Source of the DNA: the human T2T-CHM13v2.0 reference genome, Homo sapiens
Direction: 5' to 3' (one strand)
Assembly (NCBI RefSeq): GCF_009914755.1
Contig: NC_060944.1
DNA length: 64,000 bases
The notes under the pieces: generated by a model
Database searches by the model: none
The model's input: only the letters and a program-made list of their open reading frames with translations
What the model was told of the DNA's origin: nothing
Made by a program: the position numbers and the translations under genes
Shown here: positions 51,900 to 64,000 of the stretch, piece by piece
Layout: every line of letters starts with the position of its first letter
Numbering within the stretch: the stretch's first letter is position 1

Positions 51900-52227
51900 T
51901 GTAGATAACCCCACCCTGCAATTCCAGTGGACACGAGCTGGGATCGGGAAGGAATAGAAGGTGGGTCTGAGAGTGGACATAGCCCTCCCTCAGGGATTCA
52001 AACAAGCAGCCCTTCCCATAGCAGGCGAGGTCCCCGGGGGAGATGCGGGAGCATAGGGAGTTGTAAATCCACAGCATTCACTCCACTTGGTTTTCGTACT
52101 GAGCCTCTGAAATGTGAACATGTTACCATTTGTTTTCATGAGGATTAAAAAATATCACAGGAAAGCAGCCACCTGGTAGACAGCGGGTACCCAACACACT
52201 GCTGCTGGATTTGTTTCTTTGCTGCCA

Positions 52228-52645
52228 CTGGTGGTGCTTTTGGTGGTGGTGGTGGTGGTGGTGGTGGTGGTGGTGGTGGTGGTGGTGCTCTTGGTGGTGC
52301 TGGTCCTCTTGGTGTTGGTTGTGGTCCTCTTGGTGATGGGGTGGTGGTGGTAGGTGGTGGTGGTGGTGGTCGCGGTGCTCTTGGTGGTGGTGGTAGTGGT
52401 CCTCTTGGTGATGGGGAGGTGGTGGTGGTGGTGCTCTTGGTGGTGGCGGTGCTCTTGGTGATGGTGGTGGTGGTCCTCTTGGTGATGGGGAGGTGGTGGT
52501 GGTGGTGCTCTTGGTGGTGGCGGTGCTCTTGGTGATGGTGGTGGTGGTCCTCTTGGTGATGGGGTGATGGTGGTGGCGGTGCTCTTGGTGATGGTGGTGG
52601 TGGTGGTGCTGGTGCTCTTGGTGCTGTTGCTATTGTTGTTGCTGT
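52228..52645. repeat. (GGT)n triplet repeat with a higher-order gctctt/cctctt-interrupted minisatellite
   Basis: About 15 pure GGT at 52242-52286, then interrupted units. Confidence 0.95.
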
Positions 52646-54477
52646 TCTCTGTGAGGCCTGATCAGACCATGTAACAACCCTAGAAAGGCTATGAGGAAGA
52701 GCTCAGCCACCTCCTCGGGGCTGTTTCAGGCATTTCTTCCCTGGCATCTAGGTGTCCCACTTGCACACCTGAGGCCCATGAGGTCCCATGCCATGCAGAG
52801 GTTAAGCTCCATGGGTGGTAGATAAATTACCCAAACAGGTGATCCAATGTCTGCATGCAGTTGCAGCTGGGGCCACAGACCCCTACCCAAAATGATTGCT
52901 CACCCCTGAGAACAGAGTAAGGCAGTGCCAAGATACACAATGCAGGGAAAGGCTCCAGCAGACCCTGGCAGAGGAGAAGCCTCCTTCCACGTAGGGAACA
53001 GCATCTGCCTGCAGAGGGCTGCTGCCAGGAGCCAGCCGAGGCTACATGCCTGCCTGGACGCTGTCATGAGGTTGCTGCCGGGGTTGCTCAGCTGCCTGGG
53101 GTGAGGGTGTCTGCATCCACCCCCTCTGTCCTCATGGGGTTCTCCAGCCCCATGTACACTGTTGCCTCCCACCTGATGGGAGGACCCTCGTCTTGTCCCC
53201 GTTGCCCATCAAGTGCCTGCCACCGACAGTGGCCCCAGCCCTTTCTCGGGTGCACAGTGCCACAGCCGGTGGGTCGCTGGTCCTCTGCTTCCCTGGTGCC
53301 TCGGGCTGAGTCTCCTGCTGGGGCATCACTGGGCTGCTCTCGTCCCCGACAGACTCACCCACTTCTTCCACCCCTGCATGGTCCCAGGGCTTCCTGCCCT
53401 TGCCGGGCCCATGTGGCTGACTCCTCCGCTGTCCTGCTGTTTCCCACCATGTCTGACCATGAGCCGCCTTTTTAAGGAAAGCAGATTGGACCAAGTGTTT
53501 CTCGCCTTTCCGTTGCTTTTGGTTCTTACAAAGGTTTTGAAAGTGGTTGGAAAACATTCTTATTTTCTCAGGGACCATTTTCAGCTTCTCTACCAAGGAT
53601 GAAGAGTTGGAGTAAAAATGAATTACAAACTGGCAGAGTCAGTATCCACCTATTTACCACGAGCCGGAGACTTTCAGTGGTTGCCAGCGTAGAACGCTCA
53701 TTTTTATTAACCCTATTTCCTTCAAGTGTCTCCTTCCATGGAGATTGACAGGCCCCGCACATGGACATGGGGAGAGAGGAGGTCTCTGTGTCTGCAGCGC
53801 TCTGACATCCTGCAGGACGGGACAAGGTGGCCCCGAGGACCCGTCAGTGCCCACGGGGTGCCCATAAAACTTTAGCAGTGGTACATATTTACCCAAACTT
53901 CACTAAATCACTTTCTAATTTACCAGTCATTGCTTGAGAGGCCGGAAAGATTGGAAGCCCAAAGAACTGAGCAGGGCCGATTCTACCGGGAGAAAGGGTC
54001 ACCGAGACACTCAACAGCTCGCTTATCGGTCACTCTCCGGGCTGCGCCTCCTCGGGGAGTTCTGGGTTTGCGCGGGAGGCTGCCGATGGCACGCGGCTCA
54101 CAGATAATGCGGGAATGGACTGCGTGTCTTCCTCCCAGTGTCTTCAGCACACGGCTGTTGCCAGCGACGGTGATGGGCTTGCCTGCCTCGGGGGAGCTGA
54201 TGGGAGGAGGGGGAGCTTTGTGGACACTGAGGAGCTCTGTGAGGTGGAGAGCAGCTCTGTTCCAAACGCCCATATCCGTTAGCATGGGACTCAACCTGTC
54301 ACCCTACATCCCACCAAGCTGCCATCCAAAAATCACTGTTTAGTGTATCTGTTAAAAGTAGCATGTTTCAAATTGCACAGAAAATTCCGAAAGCTGACAG
54401 CACGCAGCTGGGCACCTGTCTCCGAGCCCCCCAGGAAAGGCCTTTGTAAGCTCTTCTAGCTGGGGACGGCAGAAGTT

Positions 54478-54830
54478 ACCTTAGTCTATTTAGGCTGCTA
54501 CAACTGCAGACAGACTGGGTGGCTTAGAAATAACAGAAATGTACTTTTCACAGTTCTGGAGGCCAGAGTCCAAGGTCAGAGAACCAGCAGATTCAGTGTG
54601 GGGTGAGGTCCCACTTCCTCATTCATAGCTGGTGCCTGCTCATTGTGTCCTGGCATGGCAAGGGGAGAGGGATCTCTCTGGGGCCTCTTTTATAATGTAA
54701 TTAACCCCATTCAGGAGGGCTCCACCCTGGGCCCCTTCCAAAAGCCCCACCTCCTGACATCATCACCTTGGGGCTTAGGTTTCAACACACAAAATTCGAA
54801 ATTTGGGGGCACAAACATTTAGCCATAGCA
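54478..54830 (-). mobile_element. MaLR solo LTR (MLT1A-like)
   Basis: ttagtctatttaggctgcta...ctgggtggctta...cacagttctggaggc...catcaccttggggcttaggtttcaaca...acaaacatttagccatagca. Confidence 0.85.
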
Positions 54831-54914
54831 TCAACAGACTGTTGCAGACCATGCCGGGTCCTCCCCTGGAAGGAGCAGGGCAGAGGGGAAATGAGCTGGA
54901 GGCATGTAGAAATA

Positions 54915-55205
54915 GGCCAGGTGTGGTGGCTCATGCCAGAATCCCAACACTCTGGGAGACTAAAACGGGAGGATTGTTCGAGGCTAGAAGTTCGAGACCA
55001 GCCTGGGCAACACGGCAAAACCCCGTATGTTAAAAAGTTAGCCAGGCGTGGTGACACACACCTGTGGTCTCAGCTGCTTGGGAGCCTGAGGAAGGAGGAT
55101 CCCTTGAGCCCAGGAGTTCAAGGCTACAGTGAGCTATGATTGCGCCACTGTACTCCAGCCTGGATGACAGAGTGAAACCCTATCTCTAATAAAAAGAAAA
55201 GAAAA
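54915..55205 (+). mobile_element. Alu (AluJ-like)
   Basis: J-type right arm gagcccaggagttcaaggctacagtgagctatgattgcgccactg. Confidence 0.95.
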
Positions 55206-55385
55206 TATATTTAAAAATTTTAGGTAGTCATAGAGGAGATCAAAATAACAGAATTAATGCTTATTGTTAATTACTTTTTTATGGAAACCTAAGGAAAGAA
55301 AAGCAAAGGTCTAGAGGCAGCCGTGGCAGGGTCCCCTTTAAAACAGATGAACCCTTCTCATGAGAATATAGTGTTGCAGATACGG

Positions 55386-55749
55386 TGACAGGGTTCAGCT
55401 GTGTCCCCACCCAAATCTCACCTTGAATTTTAGTTCCCATAATCCCCACATGTGGTGGGAGGGAGCCGGTGAGAGGTAACTGAATTATGGGGGTGATTTC
55501 CCCATGCTCTTCTCATGATAGTAAGTTCTCACCAGATCTGATGGTTTTATAAGGGGCTTTTTCCCTTCGTTCCACACTCATTCTCCTTGCTGCCGCCATG
55601 TGAAGAAGGATGTGTTTGCTTTCCCTTCTGCCATGATTGTAAGTTTCCTGAGGCCTCCCCAGCCATGCTGAACTGTGAGTCAAACCTCTTTCCTTTATAA
55701 ATTACCCAGTCTCAGGTAGGTATTAGCAGCGTGGGAACTGACTAGCGCA
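55386..55749 (+). mobile_element. MaLR solo LTR (THE1B-like)
   Basis: gctgtgtccccacccaaatctcaccttgaatt...gccatgattgtaagtttcctgaggcctccccagccatg...ataaattacccagtctcaggta. Confidence 0.92.
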
Positions 55750-56284
55750 TATAGCCAGACACGTGGATCTTTTTGATGATGTCTGGAGGATACTACAACA
55801 AATTTATGCATTCTTCCTGGTCTTCCCGCCTTCCTGCTATGCTCCAGTCTTGGCGCCTTGGCACTTGCTGTTCCTTCTGCCCAGAACATGCTTCCCCACC
55901 CAGCTCCATCCTGTGCCTCCTTTGGGTTTTGGCTCAGACACCGCCTTTTAATGGGGCTCTCCTGACTTCCAGCCTTAGGCTTGAGCTGTGCTCTTCCCTC
56001 CAAGATACTGGGTCTCCTGGCAGCCATGTTCCTTCCTGGGAGGCTGCAGCTCACGCACCTGCATTGCATGAGTGGATTTTCTTCACTGCTTTCTCCCCCA
56101 ATGAGAGTGGAAGAGGTGACTTTTCTGCTCAGTCAAAGGTGCATCTTCAGTGCCTGGCACACAGTAGGTCCTCGCTCAAGACTCAACAGATGAAAGCCCA
56201 AACCTGAAATCTGAAATCAGTGACCCAGTTGAGGGACCACTGGACTGCATGGGTCATGGGGGCAGCAAGCCAGTTTGTGCTCTC

Positions 56285-56500
56285 TGGAGCCTCAGAGACC
56301 CTGGGGTTCAAATCCTGGCCGCGCCACTTGTCCTGCTGTGGGTGAGCAACTGGCCTTCCCCGAACCTTGGTTTTCTCATCTGAAAAATGGGCCTCATATT
56401 GCTCGCCTTCTGGGGTGGCCATGATGATTAACTGAGATGAGAGGCGTGGAGTTTCCAGAACACTGCACTGCACATAGTAAGTGCTCAATTAATGCTAGCT
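56285..56500 (+). mobile_element. MIR
   Basis: ggttcaaatcctggcc...ttctcatctgaaaaatggg...cacatagtaagtgctcaattaatgctagct. Confidence 0.8.
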
Positions 56501-56524
56501 CTGATTTTCGTCTCTTGTAATTCT

Positions 56525-57100
56525 CATTTTAACTCTTATTTGGAGATAATTGTAAACTTAGAGGAGTTGCAAGAATAAGACAAAGAAGTCTCTGATTTTC
56601 TTCACTGACTCATCACCTGTTATTTCCCATGGGTTCTATACACAATGTCTGCTCTAGTCTCTCTGTCTCCCCTTTCTCTCTCTCACATCTATCTCAGAAT
56701 ACACACAATATTTTCCCTGAATCATTTGAGAATTAGTTATGGATATCACACCTGTTGCCCCTAGATACTTCAGCATGTATTTCCTAAGAATGGGATATAC
56801 TTTAACTACAATGCAATTACTAAATTCAGGAAATGTATCAATGATACGAGATTCATATCTAATCTAGATATTCCAGTTTTGCCAACTGCCCCCCAAATTT
56901 TTTTTTGAGGCGGCGACCTCCCGCTAATCAAGATGCCATCCCAGAGCAGTCATTGCATTTGCTGTCACGCCCTTTCATCTCTTTAGTCTGAAAGATTCCT
57001 GGGCCTTTCTTTGTCTTGCCTAACACTGCTGTTCCTGCAGAGCCCAGGCTAGTTGTTTTCTAGAATGCCTGCAGTTTAGGCGCGGCTGATGTTTCTTGAT
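56525..57100 (-). mobile_element. L1MC-like 3' UTR remnant
   Basis: gagttgcaagaataagacaaag...tgaatcatttgagaattagtt...tacttcagcatgtatttcctaagaa. Confidence 0.7.
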
Positions 57101-59134
57101 GACACTTTTATTATTTTCATCAGTGTTATCATTACAGAATTGAGGGCCTCATTCGAAAAGTACAAGGCCGGTTTTCTGGGTAAAACACTCCTCTCTTTAG
57201 CTGGCCGCTCACTGTCTCGGCACCGATTTTACATGGCCCATTGCTTGCTGGAGTGACATGAATGGTTACTATGGCGCCGTTACGCATGGGGAGTTCCAGG
57301 GAAAATGAGCTTCTTGCCTAAAACAAGTGCAGGAAAATATTGAGAACTATCTTGGGCCTGTCACTTGGGGAGCACTGTAGAAGGTTCTGGAGAAGGCATT
57401 GAGACTATAATTCTACTTTAATGAGCTGGGCTACCTAGATTCTATGGTACAGCAAGAGAAGCTGTTTGTATGCACCTGTATGTACGTGCCTTACTTAAAA
57501 TTCAGAAAGAAAATCTTCAGGTGCCAGAATTACTTGTGAGGCTGGTGAAGAGTGAAAAGCCACTTCCCAGGCCAGACAGGAAAGAGTGCCCTGGTTGGGA
57601 CCAGACGGGCCTGGCTGCAGACGTACACTTTGGGCTTCAGCAGCCCTGGTGCTGCCTTGAGCTTGACCCGAATTGCTTCTTCCCAGAGGCTGGGTCTCCC
57701 TCGCAGCCCCTGCTCTCAAGGATGGGAATGAGAAGGTCGATGACAAGGCACCTCTGCTTTACATCCAAGCGTTGACTTTTGTGGCTTCCTTTACCCCATT
57801 GCTCTGCCCTTTAAAGGGTCCTGGTGTGTGTGGGAATGGGACAGACAATTTTGTTTTTCACAATGGTATTGGGCTGTGGATCCAGAACTCAAGTTCCAGA
57901 GGAAAGCGATGCCAAAGTCAACAGGGATGCTTCACGGAGGCAGGGAAAATGCAGGAGGTAAGATCCTTGAGCCACGGCTTGTGATGATGCCACTGTAATA
58001 AATGCTAATTACCTTCTCTGCCGCGCCAGGGGGTTGCTGCTGTTTTCTTCCCCTTCCAAGTGTGTTGCGTTTGGATGTGTAGTGGCTGTTAAGAAGTTTG
58101 TCAGCTTCTCCTAAGAAAACGTCAGTATGGAGGCGCTTAAGTAGGTCTGTGTGGGTGCAGGGCTGCAGGGAGGCAGTACATTTTGTAGCTGGAAGATTCG
58201 CCGCCTGTGTGTGGGGATGCAGAGAGTGTGGTGGATACCTAGCTGTTACCTGGCTCATCTCCAAGGGGGCAAGGCCTGTGCAAGGTGGTGGGGTCCAACA
58301 GGGGTTTCTCCCCCACATCCTCGGCGTGGCTGTGTGAATAACCCGCCTGCAGGGTCCTTTCCTGTGTCCAGCCTCTTCCTCCAGGGACACCGGCTTTGAG
58401 GATGCATTGGTCTTTTGTTCTCTGTGGTGTTTCCCTTAGGAGTGGTCTGAAACAGAATTTGGACCCTGGTCCTTCCACAGCCTTTTGATGTCTGGGAGGA
58501 CCCTGGCATCCTCAGGCACACTCAGGTGCGTGGCTGATGTTGGTGCAGAAGGACTCGCCATGAGCCGAAGGTAGACAGTGCTGGCCTTGACATCGGGTGA
58601 GCATCTCCTTGATGCCCAGAGGGTACCTGGGCTGTAGGTTTCCAGGCGCCATGGCAGGGAGTGACTGCAGGACCCAGCTCCGTGGGCCACGTGATCAGAG
58701 CACGGCAGGTGCCCCACTTTACAGGCAAACCCTGTCCCCAAAACCCACCTGTGAGGGACCAGTACAGGAACTGGCATGGGTCTTTCTGCAGCAACAGGGT
58801 CCTCACCGCCCCTGCATTCTATGCCAGCTCCCAGAAGCCTGGCAAGCCCCAGCTCCCACTGAAGGACCTTCTATAGGAGCTGAAAATGAAATAAGACTAC
58901 ATGGCTGTGGTGGACAGGAAGGACCTGCCTCTCCTCCTCCCTCTCCCCTCCCCTTCTCACTCTTTCCCTCCCCTTCCCACCCTTCCCCACCCCTTCCCGC
59001 CCCTCCCCTCCCTGCCCCCAGATCCTCAGGAACTCTCAGAATCATGCTGCGCCAGGCACCACACCATGCAATATCACCGAATCACATGTGGTGTCCCTAC
59101 CTCGGCTCTGTGCAGTACATGCTCATGTTTTGTT

Positions 59135-59250
59135 CCCATGTTTCAGAGGAGGAAACTGAGGCACAGAGACTTCAGTTCCCCAGGGTCTCACAGACAAAAG
59201 GTCAGGAGCTGGGATTCAAACCCAGGGACCTCTGCCTTAGAGCCCAGGCC
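59135..59250 (-). mobile_element. MIR
   Basis: cccatgtttcagaggaggaaactgaggcacagaga...gagctgggattcaaacccagg. Confidence 0.8.
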
Positions 59251-60038
59251 CTTCCCGCGTGAGTGAGACAGAAGCAGCCAGCCTGAGCCAGCCAGAGTTT
59301 TCATCCTGAGGGCTGCTGCCTCCAGAATGCAGGCTTCACTTACGAAGGAACTGGCAGCCGTGGGGATCTGGGGGGCCTCTCTTGGGCTTGGGGCCAGTCA
59401 TATCAGCTCCGTGTTAAGTCCAATTTCACTTTAAAATGGATTTTCCTGTTTCCTTGAAGTGTGTGTGTCCCTTAGACTAATCATAGATAGATAATACATG
59501 ATGTTATATGTGTTATATCTAAATATACAAATATTATTTAATTCATGGGAATGAAGGCTGAAGTTTCCCAAGTGACAGAGCAAAAGCTGGAGTGGGAGAC
59601 GCAAGGGAAGGGACAGAGGATGTTTGCCTGGATTCAAAGAAGGGCTGGCCTGGGGTGCAGTCAGCACGTCTTGAAGGACTGAGGGAAACGGCCGGCTGGG
59701 GTAAGCCTCTGCCCTCTCTCCTGGAGGAGGGGGAACTGCAGGTCCTCCCAACTCCTGCCCTGCCATTCTTAGGAAGCATCCCCTCTCAGGACCCACATAG
59801 GCAATGGGCAGATCCACGCTGCATGGTGAGGACACCCAGTCCTGAACAAGGCCCCCAGGACAGCGCGTCTTTGTATGAAAGGCTCCATATTTCCACCATC
59901 TGGATCAGTTTGCGTCACACAAAAGAGGAGTCCTTCTCAGCTTAGCATTGAAGGCTGACCTCAGAGAAGACAGCTCCTAGAGGAATATGCAGCCCCAAGG
60001 GGTCAGTCTTATACAGATGATTCCTCTTTCAGAACACT

Positions 60039-60330
60039 ATGGATGGATGGATGGATGGATGGATGGATGGATGGATGGATGGATGGACAGACAGAGGGAG
60101 AGATGGATGGACAGACGGATGGATGATGGTCAGATGAATGGATGGATGGGTAGACAGATGGACATATGGGTGTACAGACATGGGTGGAAGGATGGATGGA
60201 CGGATAGACAGACGGACGGATGGATGGATTGATGGATGGATGGATGGTTGGATGGATGGATGGATGGATGGATGGATGGATGGATGGATGGATAGATGGT
60301 TGGATGGATGGTTGGACGGATGGATGGGGT
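60039..60330. repeat. (GGAT)n microsatellite, partly degenerate
   Basis: Pure ggat runs at 60039-60086 and 60250-60292. Confidence 0.97.
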
Positions 60331-62798
60331 GGCATGTGGGTTTCCCTTTGCAGGTCCTACCCCTGCACAGTCCTTTCTTCAGAGAGAGTGAGCTGATGGG
60401 GTGGGAGCGTCCTATTTCAGCTGAGTGTTAAAGTCCAGAGAATAGAACCCCACCCAGCAGGGAACTGAAGCAAAGGGAACACCAGCCTCTTCACGTCTGG
60501 GAAGGAGAGTCAAAGTCCAACGACTGCACAGTCCCTGGCCTGGTGGATGCCCATGGCTCTTATTGGCATTTGCCTTGAGATTTGCTCATTTCAGAAACAC
60601 AAGTTGAGTATTTTGAGGTTTTTGTAGAAATGTCACCTGCTTTGGCATCTCCAGAAGCAGAAGGACTGTTGCTATAATTAGACCACCTGCCAGGGTGGCA
60701 TCCGGAAGTGGGGCATGGAGAGCGCACCATCATGTCTGAGGGTCCTTGGGTCCCTGTTGGCATGTTTGGTGGAGGGGGTCGTGTCCCACAGTCCTGACCA
60801 GCGTGGGCACCCCAGGGCCATCCCAGGAGCCTCGGGGCCTCCTGGCTTGCAGCACAGTGGCCCTGATGTTCCGCTGAGCAGCATGAGCCTGAAGCCAGAG
60901 CTGACCCCCCATCCACACGGGGTTCCTGCCATTCCTAGCAAGAGGAAGGGGCAACAGCCGATGTGCTCTGGGCCCTCCCATGGCAGAAATCCCATCACAT
61001 GGCAGCTACGGCTGTGTATATAAACTGCATATAAACACAATTTTGATAAACTCAAACACAGGACAGATGGAAGGGAAAGCTGTGTGCTGATAACATCTTG
61101 AGCCCTGCCAGGAGCTCCCCTCGCTCACCTCCCTGCAGCCCCTTCCTCCCTCCCTCAGGAGAAACAGTAGGCTCTGGCTTGTAGCTGCTGCAGCTCCTGA
61201 ATCCAGCTGATGATCTGAGTGCCTGTGAGGGCCCCAGAAGCCCCACGGGCCTGCGAGTGGACCTTCTGGCCAGCGAGGACCCACAGCCCTGGGGTGGCTT
61301 CAAGAACCCATTCACCAGCTGGCCCCAGCTGGCCTCGTGGCCTGGGCCCCTCGCCTGGAGCTTGCTGGGCGTGGTGACCACAAAGGTGCCTTCCCTCCCC
61401 ATCTCCACACCTTGCACACATATAGATTCAAAAGAGCAAGCAGCACCATGCTGTAGCCCAGCCAAGGCTAATATTCTTACTGGGGCCTGCTCTCACTGGC
61501 CCAGCCAGCAAATGCCTGTGTGCCTCACCATGCAAGGATGTGCTTGGTAGAGGCCCCGTGGGCCCCGTGTGCAACGTGAAATGAAGTGGACGTAGGCATC
61601 TCACTGCAGTGGGAGTCATGGAGCACCTCGAGGGGAGAGAAGGCACAGCCTTTAAATTGCTGCCAGAGACAGAGTTTACACAGTTCACACGTACAGATTC
61701 AACCTGACCCCCACCCCCCTTTCTCCTTCCTGCCTTCTCCCCATTTGTGAATGCCATTGCAAGCTTGTGGATCTTATTTAATTACAGAGAAAAAAAATGG
61801 TCTCAGTGTAAGTATAAAAATATTGCAGAGGACCCAATGTGAGAAATACTGCGTCCGGCCACTGAGAAGGTGCCACCTCCCCACAAAGCCCTTGTTCCAG
61901 GACAGGCTGCCTGGATGGAAGTGCTCCGGCCTCTCCACGGGTTGGGGGAGTCACATCTCTGCTTTAGGGGCTGGATCCTCAGCTCTTCTCTGTGGGCTCT
62001 GGACCCCTTATAAAGCTTTGGACCAAGTCCAGGGTTCTCATAGAAGTGCCAGCTGCCATATGCCTGAGCCATAGTGAGTTAAATGCCCACAAGCAGTGTT
62101 CCAGTGAGTGGAACTCCACCTTTGCTGGGAAGGATTCTCTCAGGACAGAGCAAAGATAAGCTAAAGCAGTTTGCACACCTGATGATAAACTCATGAAGAG
62201 TGCTGCCGTGTGAAGAAACACCACGCTGGGAAGGTGCGGCACAGGGTCTGAGCTCGGGGTTTTGTTAATGAGGTTCTAGCAGGTAGAGCTCTTTCATCTG
62301 CAGGTGACAACACTGAATTCAAAGCGGCCAACACAAAAAAGCTAAGTGCCAGAGAAATCCAGGGTCAGCTTCAGGAGCAGCTTGATCCAGAGGCTGAAGC
62401 CATTACCAGGGCCTAGTTTCTCTCTATTTCCACTACCTCTAGGTTGACTCTTCAGTCATGATGGCAGCAAGCTGGCAAGGACAGGTCTAAGCCTGTGTGT
62501 TCCCAAGTTTAAGTTGAGGAGAAAGGAGAGAGGTTTTTCCTGGTATTGTTAACACTAATCCCAGGGTATATACTTACGGGTTACACACAGCTCCAGTTTT
62601 ATGGCAGACACCATAAAACAAAGGTTCTTCCTGTCAGATTCAGTGACACATTTCACAAATATTTGTTGGGTAGTCTATAATGGTGGTAGAAAGACACAGA
62701 CCTGTACTCGTGGAGTTTAAATCTCTTCGTGACAGTTATTAATAAAATCTTGGAATGAAGAAAAGGCAATGGAGAGAAGGGATCATGATTCTATAGAA

Positions 62799-63013
62799 CA
62801 GGGCTTAGCAACCTGGCACACACGCCATATCTGGCCCTCTGCCTGTATTTGTAAATAAAGTTTTATTGGAACACAGCCACACCCATTCATTTACATATTG
62901 TCTGTAACTGCTTTCATTCTGTGACAGCAGAGTTGAGTAATTGTAGTAGTGACCTTACCCAACCTGAGAGATTTATTATCTGGCCCTTTACAGAACATGT
63001 TTGCCAACTCCTG
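62799..63013. mobile_element. MER58A-like MITE
   Basis: caggg...gtaaataaagttttattggaacacagccacacccattcatttac...tatctggccctttacagaacatgtttgccaactcctg. Confidence 0.85.
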
Positions 63014-64000
63014 CTGAGCAGCATATGATAAAAGAAATTGACCCAGATGGGAGGTAGGCACAGCTTCCCTGGGGACATGTGAGCCACCCAGGTCTCAGGA
63101 ATAAATAGGATTCAACTCTGCCAGTAGGGGAGAGGCTGATGACATGGGATGGGGCTGGAAAGACAGGAAAGGTGGCTACCTCAAGGGCTTCGTCCTTGGG
63201 TTTTGGTCTAAGACATGGTCTAAGGATTGACTCTGAGTAGGAGGAAAAGGGAGGGAAGGAGAAGGGACAAGTGGAGGGGAAGATGAAAGAGGGGGTCCAG
63301 AGGGTGTGCTCCCCATTCGGAGGCACGCAGTGTGGGCTCCGAATCAAAGCTGCCAGAAAGAACTGGAGCACAGCTCCTGGTAGCGTGGCTTCTCAGTGTG
63401 GGCTTTATTTTGACTTTTATTTTTTGTGTGTGAACATAAAACAGTTCTTCCTGCAGCAAGACAGCGACGTGTCAGATTCATCCTTGCTGGGTCACCCACC
63501 AGCAGAGCCATTAACCCTCTCTGTCATGATGCTTCCCCAGCTGATCGTGTTTGCAGCTGGCAGGTCAGGGTTAGGAGAGAATAAAGGTTCCTTGTGCTGA
63601 GAAACCCACCCAGGCTAATACAGATTAACTGACCACCCTAACCCCTGGTCTTGGCTTCACTAGTTCCTACTTGACAAACCAAGCTGATTACCCATCTCAC
63701 CAGGATCTAGGACAGCACCTGGCTTGGAGTAGGAGTAGGCTGGCAAAAATATGTCTGTACCACTGCATCCCCTCCCTGACCGGAGGCAGACATCACTAAT
63801 CGATCCCACTCTCTTCTATCCCTCACGTGAGGCAGACATCACTTATCAACCCTGCTGTTCTCTCCTCTGGGCCAGATGGAGCCTTGTGAGTTATCTCAGC
63901 TCTGAGCTCTTAATGGCCACTGCTGCCACTCAGCACCCAGGAGAAGCGTGTTCACCCCTCTAATGCTGGGTGCTCAGAAATGTCAGGCGAATGAAGTAAG

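Noticed and set aside
54143-54162. RE1-like TTCAGCAC in a CpG-rich patch
   Set aside because: The right half-site (GGACAG) is absent.
55654-55666. PRDM9 hotspot motif in the THE1B-like LTR
   Set aside because: The sequence is CCTCCCCAGCCAT, not the hot CCTCCCTAGCCAC variant.

Overview
This is primate (very probably human or hominoid) GC-rich genomic DNA. The evidence is a dozen Alu elements, one AluY-like, and a young L1PA2-like 3' fragment with an intact target-site duplication (TSD). I find no credible protein-coding exon, RNA gene or processed pseudogene. The long ORFs in the track come from stop-free tandem repeats, Alus or GC-rich chance frames. The window reads like part of a very large intron or gene desert in a GC-rich, VNTR-rich (subtelomeric-type) region, but the locus cannot be fixed from sequence alone. 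Content: SINEs (Alu, MIR), LINE remnants (L1PA, L1M, L2), solo LTRs (ERV1 MER4-group, MaLR MLT1/MST/THE1, ERVL MLT2), hAT MITEs (MER58, MER20), many micro- and minisatellites, and repeat-free AT-rich or CpG-rich islands that may be regulatory. I did not find a new multi-gene system. The most notable observations are: (i) an inverted copy of nearby unique DNA inserted between 26-bp direct repeats at 8.7 kb, consistent with a fossil template-switch insertion; (ii) two old local non-tandem duplications; (iii) a near-perfect non-canonical (8-bp spacer) REST/RE1 site inside an L2 remnant; (iv) a minisatellite built from the PRDM9 hotspot 13-mer; (v) a closely spaced inverted Alu pair. Repeat subfamily names come from recalled consensus features and need RepeatMasker/Dfam confirmation. 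Boundaries of old repeats are approximate.
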